Source of the DNA: Kiloniellaceae bacterium | GTDB lineage: Bacteria > Pseudomonadota > Alphaproteobacteria > Kiloniellales > Kiloniellaceae | NCBI GenBank assembly: GCA_048268885.1 | Contig: JBLWUP010000028.1 | Coordinates: 6,315 to 70,314, forward strand | DNA length: 64,000 nt | Direction: 5' to 3' | Shown here: one piece after another, positions 55,010-64,000 of the stretch | Layout: every line of letters begins with the position of its first letter | Position numbering within the stretch: position 1 is the first letter of the stretch | Program-made: the position numbers and the translations under genes | Notes under the pieces: model-generated | Database searches by the model: none | What the model saw: the letters and a program-made list of their open reading frames with translations, nothing else | Told to the model about the DNA's origin: nothing

Positions 55010-55034
55010 GTCGTCTGGCCGAAGCCGGAGCGGC

Positions 55035-56729
55035 TTAGCTCGCGCGGATGTTGGCGAGGAAGCCGTCGACCTGGCTGCTGAGGCTCTTCGACTGCTCGGC
55101 CAGTTCGTTGGCCGCCGTCAGCATGGTCTTCGAAGATTCGCCGGACTCGGCAGCTGCCGCGGTGACGTCGCCGATGTTGGCCGAGACTTCGCTGGTGCTG
55201 GCCGAAGCCTCCTGCACGTTGCGCGAGATCTCCTGGGTCGCGGAGCTCTGCTCCTCGACCGCCGCGGCGATACCGTTGGCGATGCCGTGCACTTCTTCGA
55301 TGGTCGAAGTGATCTTCCCGATGGCATCCACCGCGCCGCCGGTGGCGTTCTGGATCTCGTTGATCTGCTGGCCGATCTGCTCGGTCGCCTTGGCCGTCTG
55401 GGTGGCCAGCTGCTTGACCTCGGAAGCCACGACCGCGAAGCCCTTGCCGGCTTCACCGGCGCGGGCCGCCTCGATGGTGGCGTTGAGGGCCAGCAGGTTG
55501 GTCTGTTCGGCGATGTCCTGGATCATGGTGACGACGTCGCCGATCTTCTGGGCGGCGTCGGCCAGGGCGCTGACTTCCTGATTGGTGGTGCGGGCCTGAT
55601 CGGCGGCGTCGCTGGCGATCTTGGTCGACTGCGCCACCTGGCGGCCGATTTCCTGGATCGACGCCGTCAGCTCCTCGGCCGCGCTGGCGACCGTCTGCAC
55701 GTTGTTGGCGGCCTGGTCGGTGGCGGCGGCCACGGCAGAGGTCTTCTTGCTGGTCTGCTCGGCGGTCTGCGACATCGACTGGGCCGTCGCCTGCACCTGA
55801 CCGGAGGCGCTGGTGACGTTGTCGACCACGCCGCGCACGCTGGACTCGAACTCGTCGGCCAGCTTGTGCATGGCCTGGCGCTTCTCTTCCTCGGCCTTGG
55901 CCTTCTCGGCCTCGCGGGCCGCGGTCGAGCGTTCCAGCTCGATGGCGTTGGTCTTGAAGGTCTGCACCGTGCGCGCCATGTCGCCGATATCGTCCCGGCG
56001 GTCCATGGCCGGCACGTCGACCGTGGTGTCGCCGTCGGCCAGCTTGCCCATGGTGGTGGTCATCATGGCCAGCGGCTTGCCGATCAGGCGGCTGGTGACG
56101 AAGCCCAGCAGGCCGATCAGGATGACCAGCGCGACAACGGAAATGATGCCCTGCTGGATGGCCGCCGACTGGATCTGGCCGTTCAACTCCTCGATCGACC
56201 AGGCGATGATCACCGTGCCGATGAAGGACCCATCCTTGGGATTGAGGGCAGGGCTGGACACCAGCACGTGGTTCCCCAGCTCTTCGAAATGACGTTCTTC
56301 CGAGCCCTTGGCCGTGGCGATGAAGCCCGTCAGGTCGGCCTGGGTCAGGCTCGGATGATTGAAGCGGATCAGCTCTTCGCCGTCCTTGCTGAGCGCGACC
56401 ACGTTGGCGATCACGGAGTCATCCGCGTTCGCAAAATCGATGTAGGCCGTCTCGATGACTTCGGGCTTGTTCCAGCGGATGCCGCCGGCCGCGTTGTTGG
56501 CGATCAGCCGGGTCATCGTCGCAAAGCCCGCCTCGCCGGTGACGAGGGCCAGCTTGCTGGTCTGGCTGATGCTGATCGCCACCAGGGCGACCAGGATCAG
56601 CGTGGCCGTGGTGGCCGCGGTCAGGATGACCTTGCGGGCCACGGAAAGGCGAGAGAACCCGCCCAGGCTCATTCCGGAAAGACCGGTTTTCGCAGTCTTT
56701 CCCGATTGTGGTTTCTGAGTTTCACTCAT
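55035..56729 (-). CDS. Methyl-accepting chemotaxis protein
   Basis: TM-periplasmic domain-TM-HAMP ([10 protein letters not shown]); [34 protein letters not shown]. Confidence 0.95.
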   Translation of the reverse strand: MSETQKPQSGKTAKTGLSGMSLGGFSRLSVARKVILTAATTATLILVALVAISISQTSKLALVTGEAGFATMTRLIANNAAGGIRWNKPEVIETAYIDFANADDSVIANVVALSKDGEELIRFNHPSLTQADLTGFIATAKGSEERHFEELGNHVLVSSPALNPKDGSFIGTVIIAWSIEELNGQIQSAAIQQGIISVVALVILIGLLGFVTSRLIGKPLAMMTTTMGKLADGDTTVDVPAMDRRDDIGDMARTVQTFKTNAIELERSTAAREAEKAKAEEEKRQAMHKLADEFESSVRGVVDNVTSASGQVQATAQSMSQTAEQTSKKTSAVAAATDQAANNVQTVASAAEELTASIQEIGRQVAQSTKIASDAADQARTTNQEVSALADAAQKIGDVVTMIQDIAEQTNLLALNATIEAARAGEAGKGFAVVASEVKQLATQTAKATEQIGQQINEIQNATGGAVDAIGKITSTIEEVHGIANGIAAAVEEQSSATQEISRNVQEASASTSEVSANIGDVTAAAAESGESSKTMLTAANELAEQSKSLSSQVDGFLANIRAS

Positions 56730-56807
56730 TGAATCCACCCCTCTTAGAACAATTGCCTGGACGGATCTTCTCGATATTCGCCAGGGATTGATTACACCTA
56801 GCGTTAC

Positions 56808-57389
56808 TTACAGCGCGTCGACGTTGATGCCGACGGTGATCGCACCGATCACCTCACCGGTGGCCGGATCGACGATCGACATGGAAACCTGCGACTGGAA
56901 GGTCTGAGTCGACTCGTCCATCTCGACCTCGTCGACGAAGATGGCGTCCGGACCGGCGCTGTAGGTCTTCTGCCACTTGGCCTCGTCACCCTGCCAGTAG
57001 TCGGAGGTGACGTCGCTCTGGCCCACGTTCAGGCCGCGGTTGTCCATGACGAACACCTCGGTCACCAGGCCCTGGGCGCTGTCCTTCTGATCGCGCAGGA
57101 AATTGGACAGGGCGTTGCCCAGGACGGCATCGATCATCGGCTTGCTGCCGGCGTCGGTCTGGGCACGCCAGTCCTTGTCCATGTTGTCGATGTCGGCCTG
57201 GCTGAGGCCGGCATGCTTGGCGTTCTGGGCCTTCACGGCGCTGATCACGGTGTCATTGGCCACCCACTGCTTCACCGTCGACTTGGCGAAGTCGGTAGCC
57301 GGAGCGACGTGGGCGTCACTGGCCCAAGCAGCCGTAGCGAGCAGCGTACCCGCGAGGCCGGACACGATTCCCTTCATAAAAGACATCAT
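56808..57389 (-). CDS. Stand-alone periplasmic PDC/Cache-like protein
   Basis: Signal peptide, no TM anchor; EVFVMDNRGLNVGQS..TSDYWQGDEAKW, DESTQ..QVS. Confidence 0.75.
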   Translation of the reverse strand: MMSFMKGIVSGLAGTLLATAAWASDAHVAPATDFAKSTVKQWVANDTVISAVKAQNAKHAGLSQADIDNMDKDWRAQTDAGSKPMIDAVLGNALSNFLRDQKDSAQGLVTEVFVMDNRGLNVGQSDVTSDYWQGDEAKWQKTYSAGPDAIFVDEVEMDESTQTFQSQVSMSIVDPATGEVIGAITVGINVDAL

Positions 57390-57473
57390 CTTGGCTCCAA
57401 TAGAGTTCCTCATAGAGACGCTCGCTGCTGCGCACGCCTTTCCAAAGTAAGATGAGTCATTAGCGCACCGGGT

Positions 57474-57488
57474 TTAATTTAAGGTTAC
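57474..57488. promoter_or_regulatory. Possible CtrA-type site upstream of the Cache/MCP genes
   Basis: TTAA-N7-TTAC, one mismatch from TTAA-N7-TTAA. Confidence 0.3.
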
Positions 57489-57621
57489 TTGCGCAATTAA
57501 CAGGTATGAAAAGCGGGCCGGCGTTCAGCCTTTAATTGAACAAGACCAAACTCAAGCAGCTTAAGATCGCCAGATTTCCTGCCTGCCTGATCGGGCCGCG
57601 ATTGGGGACTTGCGCCCCGGC

Positions 57622-57650
57622 TTGACAGGTGCGAATGATTTTCATTAACT
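57622..57650 (+). promoter_or_regulatory. Sigma70 promoter overlapped by a Fur-like box upstream of the Fe(III) SBP
   Basis: TTGACA at 57622-27; GCGAATGATTTTCATTAAC at 57631-49 matches 14/19 of GATAATGATAATCATTATC. Confidence 0.7.
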
Positions 57651-57745
57651 ATCGCGTCAAGGCCAATGCCGGAAACGGCTATGCGCCAACACAATCTTTC
57701 CCGACGGCCCGGAAGCCCGGAAAGTCTAGGGAAATCAAGGAGGTA

Positions 57746-58795
57746 ATGATGATCCTACGCCCGCGCGCCGTCCTTGTGGCTGCGGTGAGTGCTGTTGTCC
57801 TGGCTGGCTTGTCGCCGGCCCAGGCGCAGGAAGTTCTCAATCTCTATTCCTCGCGCCACTACCAGACCGATGAAGCGCTCTACGCAGGGTTCACCGAAAG
57901 CACCGGGATCGAGATTAATCGCATCGAGGGTGAGGGCGACGCCCTGATCGAGCGTATCAAGAGCGAAGGCCAGAACAGCCCCGCCGATGTGTTCCTCACG
58001 GTCGATGTGGGGCGCATCTGGCGCGCCGAGGAGGCGGGACTTTTCCAACCGGTGGAGTCCGAAGCCTTGAACAAGGCGGTCCCGGAGAACCTGCGCCACC
58101 CCGATGGCCTGTGGTATGGCTTCTCGGCACGGGCGCGCCTGATCTACTATGACAAGTCCTCGATCCAGCCGGGCGAGATCAAGAGCTACGAGGACCTGGC
58201 CGATCCGAAGTGGAAGGGCAAGGTCTGCATCCGCAGCAGCTCCAACGTCTACAACCAGTCGCTGCTCAGTTCCCTCATCGCCGCGCACGGCGAAGAGGCG
58301 GCTCAGAAGTGGGCGCAGGACGTGGTCGACAACTTCGCCCGCAAGCCGGTCGGCGGCGACACCGACCAGCTGCGCGGCATCGGTGCCGGCGAATGCGATA
58401 TCGCCGTCGCCAACTCCTATTACTTCGTGCGTCTGATGGTCGAGCCGAGCGACAAGGACAAGGGCCTGGCCGACAAGATCGGCTGGGTCTTCCCCAACCA
58501 GGAAGGCCCTAACAAAGCCGGCAGGGGCACGCATGTGAACATCTCCGCCGCCGGCGTGCTGAAGCACGCGCCGCACAAGGAGGCCGCGGTGAAGTTCCTC
58601 GAATATCTCGCCAGCCCCGAGGCGCAGCGCTACTTCGCCGACGGCAACAACGAGTATCCGGTGGTGCCGGGGGTCGAGCCCAACGAGGCGCTGAAGGCCC
58701 TGGGCGACTTCAAGGTCGATCCGGTGAACGTCTCGGTCTACGGCCAGAACCAGGCCAAGGCGCAGATGATCTTCGACAGCGTCGGCTGGAACTGA
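57746..58795 (+). CDS. futA: Fe(III) ABC transporter substrate-binding protein (FutA/FbpA type)
   Basis: AAGGAGG RBS; LYSSRHY, SPADVFLTVD, RSSSNVYNQSLL, GGDTDQL, ANSYY Tyr pair, HVNIS, NNEYP. Confidence 0.92.
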   Translation: MMILRPRAVLVAAVSAVVLAGLSPAQAQEVLNLYSSRHYQTDEALYAGFTESTGIEINRIEGEGDALIERIKSEGQNSPADVFLTVDVGRIWRAEEAGLFQPVESEALNKAVPENLRHPDGLWYGFSARARLIYYDKSSIQPGEIKSYEDLADPKWKGKVCIRSSSNVYNQSLLSSLIAAHGEEAAQKWAQDVVDNFARKPVGGDTDQLRGIGAGECDIAVANSYYFVRLMVEPSDKDKGLADKIGWVFPNQEGPNKAGRGTHVNISAAGVLKHAPHKEAAVKFLEYLASPEAQRYFADGNNEYPVVPGVEPNEALKALGDFKVDPVNVSVYGQNQAKAQMIFDSVGWN

Positions 58796-58820
58796 GCCGC
58801 CAAGCCGCTCGCCGCGCCCG

Positions 58821-58878
58821 GACAGAAGCCGCCCGCGGCGTCGCGACAGAAGCCGCCTGCGGCACCCGGGACAGGAAG
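58821..58878. repeat. 24/25-nt tandem repeat downstream of futA
   Basis: GACAGAAGCCGCCCGCGGC (58821), GACAGAAGCCGCCTGCGGC (58845), GACAGGAAG (58870). Confidence 0.7.
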
Positions 58879-58897
58879 TTCGGGCCGCAGGACGACG

Positions 58898-58933
58898 AAG
58901 GGCCTCCCTCGCGGGGAGGCCCTTTTTCTTTTT
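58898..58933 (+). terminator. Intrinsic terminator of futA
   Basis: AAGGGCCTCCC-tcgcg-GGGAGGCCCTT followed by TTTCTTTTT. Confidence 0.85.
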
Positions 58934-58968
58934 GAGGCCGGGGGTAAGTGCGCTATGAGCAGGCGCGT

Positions 58969-60744
58969 TTAGCGCCGTGCAGCCCGCCGCGGCGCCTTCT
59001 GGCCGGGACGGCCTCGGGCGATGGCGCGGCTCAACAGGATGACCGGCGGAATGCCGACGGCAACGATGGTCAGGGCCGGGGTCGCGGCCTCGGTGAGGCG
59101 CTCGTCGGCGGCGAAGTTGTGCGCCTGGACCGCCAGGGTGTCGAAGTTGAAGGGCCGCATCACCAGGGTCGCCGGCAATTCCTTCATCACGTCGACGAAG
59201 ACCACCAGCCCCGCCGTCAGCAGCGAGGGCCACATCATGGGCGCATGCACGCGCGCCAGGGTGCCCAACGGGCGTGAGCCCAGGGCGCGGGCGGCGTCGT
59301 CCATGGACGGCCGGATCTTGCCGAGCCCCGTTTCCACGGTGTTCAGCGAGACCGCCAGGAAGCGGACCAGATAGGCGAAGACCAGGGCGGCGATGCTGCC
59401 GGTCAGCAGCAGGCCGCTGGAGATGCCGAAGGTCTCGCGCAGCCAGGCGTCCAGGGTGTTGTCGAAGGCCGCAAAGGGCACCAGCACGCCGACCGCGATG
59501 ATGGTGCCGGGAATGGCGTAGCCCATGGCCGCGAGGCGGTTGGCGAGCTGCACGACGGTGCCGCCCTGCAGCCGGCGTCCATAGGCCATGAGGGTCGCCA
59601 GGCCGACCGCCAGCACGGCGGTGACCACGGCCAGGGTGACGCTGTTGCCGACCAGTTCCAGATAGCGCTTGCCAAACTGCTGGTCGCCGGCGGCGATGGC
59701 CATGGTCAAAAGAATGCCGGCCGGCAGCAGGAAGCCGAGAAACAGCGGCAGGAAGCAGGCCAGGAAGGCACCGCCGGCGGCGAAGCCACTGAGCCGCCGC
59801 CCGGGCAGCTGCTGGTAGCGGTCGGTGGCATGGTGGAACTGCGCCTTGCCGCGGCTCTGAACCTCGAGCAGCAGGACCAGGAAGACGAAGATCAGCAGGA
59901 TCGACGACAGCTGGCCCGCGGTGGTGCGGTCGCCGAAGGCGATCCAGGCCCGCACGATCCCGGTGGTGAAGTTGGGTACCCCGAAGAAGGAGACGGTGCC
60001 GAAATCGGCCAGGGTCTCCATCAAGGCCAGCGCGGTGCCGGCGATGATCGCCGGGCGCGCCAGGGGCAGGGCGACCCGGAAGAAGGTGGCCCAGGGACCG
60101 CAGCCGAGGGTCCGGCTGACGTCGAGGGCGCAGACCGACTGATCGAGGAAGGCGGTGCGCGAGAGCATGTAGGCGTAGGGGTAGAGCACCAGCGTCAGCA
60201 TGGCGACGGCGCCGCCCAGCGAGCGGACCTCCGGAAACCAGTACTCCTGATAGGTGAGGCCGGTGACCTCGCGCAGCATCGACTGCACCGGGCCCGCCGG
60301 CTGCAGGAAGTCGGTATAGGCGTAGGCCATCACGTAGGCCGGCACGGCCAGCGGCAGGATCAATGCCCATTCGAAGAGGCGGCGGCCGGGAAAGCGGCAC
60401 ATGGTGACGAGCCAGGCGGTGCCGGCGCCGATAATGGGGACGCCGATGCCGACGCCGCCCACCAGGATGGCGGTGTTGGAGAGGTAGCGCGGCAGCACCG
60501 TGGAGGCCAGGTGGCCCCAGGTGCCGTCGCCGGACTGCGTCAGGCTGAAGAGAACGCTGACCACGGGGATGAGGAACAACGCCGCGACCACGACCGAAAG
60601 CCAGGTCAGCGGCACCCAGGGGCGGCGCCCGCTACCGCGGCGGCGGCCGGGAAGGCGGGGGGGCTGATCCAGGGGGCCGGCCGGGTCGAAGGCCGGGTCG
60701 AGGGGCGGGTCGAGGGGCGGGTTGCTGGACGAGATGCCGGGCAC
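58969..60744 (-). CDS. futB: Fe(III) ABC transporter permease (FutB/FbpB type)
   Basis: Two permease repeats; FPGRRLFEWALILPLAVPAY, ETLADFGTV, DVMKELPATL.MRPFNFDTLA; N-terminal PLDP 12-nt repeats. Confidence 0.9.
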   Translation of the reverse strand: MPGISSSNPPLDPPLDPAFDPAGPLDQPPRLPGRRRGSGRRPWVPLTWLSVVVAALFLIPVVSVLFSLTQSGDGTWGHLASTVLPRYLSNTAILVGGVGIGVPIIGAGTAWLVTMCRFPGRRLFEWALILPLAVPAYVMAYAYTDFLQPAGPVQSMLREVTGLTYQEYWFPEVRSLGGAVAMLTLVLYPYAYMLSRTAFLDQSVCALDVSRTLGCGPWATFFRVALPLARPAIIAGTALALMETLADFGTVSFFGVPNFTTGIVRAWIAFGDRTTAGQLSSILLIFVFLVLLLEVQSRGKAQFHHATDRYQQLPGRRLSGFAAGGAFLACFLPLFLGFLLPAGILLTMAIAAGDQQFGKRYLELVGNSVTLAVVTAVLAVGLATLMAYGRRLQGGTVVQLANRLAAMGYAIPGTIIAVGVLVPFAAFDNTLDAWLRETFGISSGLLLTGSIAALVFAYLVRFLAVSLNTVETGLGKIRPSMDDAARALGSRPLGTLARVHAPMMWPSLLTAGLVVFVDVMKELPATLVMRPFNFDTLAVQAHNFAADERLTEAATPALTIVAVGIPPVILLSRAIARGRPGQKAPRRAARR

Positions 60745-61116
60745 TCAGATCCCCGCCGCCGGCTGTTGCACGAGAGTGTTAATCATCCCTCGTCCTGTCT
60801 CATATCTGCGCCCTTTCGGCAAGGATGTGACGCGGCTGGCGTCGGCCTCCGATTCCTCATCCCGCCTACTCACTTCGATCATTCTTGTGGTTTCCCTGCG
60901 GTGCCTCGGCGTGACGGAAATGCCCGACTTTGCCGCCCGTTAGCTTTGGTTCAAATGCCCCCTATCCGGCATTTCCCCTGCGGTTCCCGGCAGTTAAGTA
61001 AGGGGTTCTTAATCTATGTTTGGCACTGTTCAGCGTCGTTTCGGGGGCATTGGTTAACGACAGTGGTCGCCCCGGACTAAGCGCCTGATTGCCGGGCAGA
61101 GAGTAGGACTGTGGCG

Positions 61117-64000
61117 ATGGATGATCTTCTAAGCGAATTTCTTACTGAGACCAACGAGAGCCTCGCGGAGCTCGACGTCGAACTGGTTCAGCTGGAGCAG
61201 AACCCGAACGACAAGGAGCTGTTGGGGAATATTTTCCGGTTGATGCACACCATCAAGGGGACTTGCGGGTTCCTGGGTCTGCCGCGGCTGGAAAGCGTTG
61301 CGCATGCCGGCGAGAACGTGCTGGGCAAGCTGCGCGACGGCGAACTGGAGGTTACTCCGGAAGCCGTCACCCTGATTCTGGAATGTCTCGATAACATCCG
61401 CGCCCTCCTGGAGCAGCTGGAAGCGACCGAGGCCGAGCCGGAAGGTGACGATTCCGATCTCATCGCCCGCCTGAATGCTTTTGCCGATGGCGGCGGGGCG
61501 CCGGCAGAGCCCGCGCCGGCCGCGCCGGCTGCTGAAGCAGCGCCGGGCGACATCGTCAGCAGCACCAGCAGCGACGAGCTTGATGCGCTGGAGGCGGCCT
61601 TTGCCGCCGCCAAGGGTCCGGAAGAGCTGGCGGCCGAGAAGGCGGCTCAGGAAGCCGCTGAGGCCGGTGCCGAAGCCGGTGCCGAGGTCGAGGCCGACGC
61701 AGGCGCCGACGCTGAGCCCGAGGCTGAGCCCGAGCCGGTGAAGGCCGAGGCGCCGAAGAAGGCCGAAGCGCCGAAGAAGGCCGAGGCCAAAGGTGGCGAA
61801 GCCAAGGCGCCCGAGGGCAAGAAGGAAGGCTCCGTCGCCAACCAGTCCCTGCGCGTCAACGTCGACGTCCTCGAAAACCTCATGACCATGGTCTCCGAGC
61901 TGGTGCTGACCCGCAACCAGCTGCTGCAGATCCTGCGCAGCCAGAGCGAGAGCGAGTTCGCCGCGCCGCTGCAGCGTCTCAACCACGTGGTCTCCGAGCT
62001 GCAGGAAGGCGTGATGGCCACGCGCATGCAGCCGATCGGCAATGCCTGGGCCAAGCTGCCCCGCATCGTCCGCGATCTTGGCCAGGAACTGGAAAAGAAG
62101 ATCGACCTGGTGATGAAGGGCGCCGAGACCGAGCTGGACCGCCAGGTGCTGGAGCTGATCAAGGATCCGCTCACTCACATGGTGCGCAACTCGGCCGACC
62201 ACGGCCTCGAAATACCGGCCGACCGCCTGAAGGCGGGCAAGCCCGAGATAGGCACCGTGACCCTGAACGCCTTCCACGAGGGCGGCCACATCATCATCGA
62301 GATCGCCGACGACGGCAAAGGCCTCGCCGCCGACAAGATCAAGCAAAAGTGTCTCGACAACGGCTTGGCCAACGAGGCCGAGCTGGAGGCGATGAGCGAG
62401 CAGCAGGTGCAGCAGTTCATCTTCAAGGCCGGTTTCTCGACCGCCGCGGAGGTGACCTCCGTTTCCGGCCGCGGCGTCGGCATGGACGTGGTGCGCACCA
62501 ACATCGAGAAGATCGGCGGCACCATCGAGCTGACCTCGGTCGAGGGCCGCGGCACGAAGTTCGTGATCAAGATCCCGCTGACCTTGGCCATCGTCTCGGC
62601 GCTGATCGTCGAGTGCGCTTCCGAGCGTTTCGCCATCCCGCAGCTTTCGGTGGTCGAGCTGGTGCGCGCCTCTGCGCACACCGAGCACACCATCGAGCGG
62701 ATCAACGGCACCCCGGTGCTGCGCCTGCGCAACCGTCTGCTGCCGCTGGTCAACCTGCGCGACCTGCTGAAGCTGGGCGACGGCGAAGGCGTCGAAAAGG
62801 CCGCGAAGGCGGCCGTCGCCGCCAAGATTGCCGCGAAGGCGCAGGCAGAGGCGGAAGATGCCGAGCAGGAAGCCGCCGCCGAGTCCGCGAAGGGCGAAGG
62901 CAAGCAGGTTGAGGGCAAGGCGTCCGAGCCGAAGAAGGCCGGCGAGGCCAAGTCGGCTGAGCAGGCTGCCGCCAAGACCGCCGACGACGAGGAAGTCTTC
63001 ATCGTCGTGGCGCAGATCGGCAACTACTCCATGGGCATCATCGTGGACCGCGTCTTCGACACCGAGGAAATCGTGGTCAAGCCGGTGGCGCCGATCCTGC
63101 GCAACATCCAGCTGTTCTCCGGCAACACGATCCTGGGCGACGGCAGCGTCGTCATGATCCTGGATCCCAACGGCATCGCCGCGGCCACCGGTGAGATCTC
63201 GGTCGCCGAAGGTGCCGAGGACAACGCCAAGGGCCGCCATATGTCGAGCAGCTCGGACAGTGTCGCCATGCTGATCTTCCGCGCCGTGGACCAGACGCCG
63301 AAGGCCGTGCCGCTGGCGCTGGTCGCGCGCCTGGAGGAGATCGACCTGACCCAGGTGGAGTACTCCAACGGCCAGTACGTCGTGCAGTACCGCGGCCAGC
63401 TGATGCCGCTGGTGATGATGGATCCGGCGCAGAAGCTGGGTTCGGAAGGCCGCCAGCCGGTGCTGGTCTTCGCCGACCGGAACCGCACCATGGGCCTAGT
63501 CGTGCAGGAGATCGTCGACATCGTCGAAGGCCGCATCAATATCGAGCTGTCATCCGAGCGTGAAGGCTACGTCGGCACCGCGGTGATCGGCGGTAAGGCG
63601 ACCGACATCATCGACGCCGGTTACTACCTCACCCTGGCCTTCCACGACTGGTTCCAGGCCGACCGCGAGACGCTGGACTCCGAGGACGGTCATGGCCGGC
63701 GCCTGCTGGTCGTCGACGACAGCCCCTTCTTCCGCAACCTGTTGCAGCCTCTGCTGACGGTTGCCGGCTACGAAGTGGTCTGCGTCGAATCGGCTGACGC
63801 GGCTCTGGAGCTTTGCGACGCGGGTGAAGACTTCGACGTCATCATCTCCGACATCGAGATGCCGGGCATGAACGGCTTCGAGTTCGCCCGCAAGGTGACG
63901 GCGGAGACCCGCTGGTCGGAGACGCCGATCGTGGCGCTGTCCAGCTTCTCCAACCCGAGCGACCTGGCGCGCGGCCGCGATGCCGGCTTCAGGGACTACG
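61117..64000 (+). CDS. cheA: Chemotaxis histidine kinase CheA with tandem CheW domains and C-terminal receiver (runs off window)
   Basis: Manual translation: MDDLLSEFLTE, FRLMHTIKG (HPt His), HMVRNSADHG, DDGKG, GRGVGMDVV, two CheW domains, LLVVDDSPFF..SDIEMPGMNG; one frame checked at 63241 and 63721. Confidence 0.95.
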   Translation, partial: MDDLLSEFLTETNESLAELDVELVQLEQNPNDKELLGNIFRLMHTIKGTCGFLGLPRLESVAHAGENVLGKLRDGELEVTPEAVTLILECLDNIRALLEQLEATEAEPEGDDSDLIARLNAFADGGGAPAEPAPAAPAAEAAPGDIVSSTSSDELDALEAAFAAAKGPEELAAEKAAQEAAEAGAEAGAEVEADAGADAEPEAEPEPVKAEAPKKAEAPKKAEAKGGEAKAPEGKKEGSVANQSLRVNVDVLENLMTMVSELVLTRNQLLQILRSQSESEFAAPLQRLNHVVSELQEGVMATRMQPIGNAWAKLPRIVRDLGQELEKKIDLVMKGAETELDRQVLELIKDPLTHMVRNSADHGLEIPADRLKAGKPEIGTVTLNAFHEGGHIIIEIADDGKGLAADKIKQKCLDNGLANEAELEAMSEQQVQQFIFKAGFSTAAEVTSVSGRGVGMDVVRTNIEKIGGTIELTSVEGRGTKFVIKIPLTLAIVSALIVECASERFAIPQLSVVELVRASAHTEHTIERINGTPVLRLRNRLLPLVNLRDLLKLGDGEGVEKAAKAAVAAKIAAKAQAEAEDAEQEAAAESAKGEGKQVEGKASEPKKAGEAKSAEQAAAKTADDEEVFIVVAQIGNYSMGIIVDRVFDTEEIVVKPVAPILRNIQLFSGNTILGDGSVVMILDPNGIAAATGEISVAEGAEDNAKGRHMSSSSDSVAMLIFRAVDQTPKAVPLALVARLEEIDLTQVEYSNGQYVVQYRGQLMPLVMMDPAQKLGSEGRQPVLVFADRNRTMGLVVQEIVDIVEGRINIELSSEREGYVGTAVIGGKATDIIDAGYYLTLAFHDWFQADRETLDSEDGHGRRLLVVDDSPFFRNLLQPLLTVAGYEVVCVESADAALELCDAGEDFDVIISDIEMPGMNGFEFARKVTAETRWSETPIVALSSFSNPSDLARGRDAGFRDY

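Noticed and set aside
60994-61058. CtrA box upstream of cheA
   Set aside because: Only TTAA half-sites with 11-nt or no partner spacing; no TTAA-N7-TTAA
17-63240. Long antisense or alternate-frame ORFs (e.g. 17-862+, 1332-2753+, 10496-13423+, 18439-21348-, 45305-48256-, 61129-63240-)
   Set aside because: Shadows of well-supported genes on the other strand or frame, expected in high-GC DNA; no recognisable motifs

Overview
High-GC alphaproteobacterial chromosome segment (chpT, an F5-type CheA-REC hybrid, TRAP transporter and xoxFGJ point to a Rhodospirillales-like, probably saline-habitat organism; taxonomy is inference). Left to right: lanthanide-type methanol dehydrogenase operon xoxF-xoxG-xoxJ with an adjacent NitT/TauT-type ABC transporter; a glucosylglycerol module (gpsA, HAD phosphatase, ggpS) with a divergent GH13 alpha-glucosidase; a GntR-associated catabolic cluster (TRAP, CoA-transferase, enoyl-CoA hydratase, GlcG, class V aminotransferase, FAD/Fe-S oxidoreductase, PhyH dioxygenase); assorted single genes; an atypical-composition FadL plus cyclase-STAND-TPR pair; DsrE/SoxH-like genes; an intact but apparently catalytically dead Y1 (RAYT-like) HUH transposase preceded by strand-biased hairpins and a 17-bp tandem array; a Tat-exported formate dehydrogenase cluster ending in a WD40-cytochrome c fusion; an ankyrin protein, chpT, an MCP with a stand-alone Cache-like protein, Fe(III) ABC genes and cheA. 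xoxJ and cheA run off the window edges and are missing from the supplied ORF track. No tRNA, rRNA or CRISPR array was seen. All calls are from motif reading by eye, without database searches.
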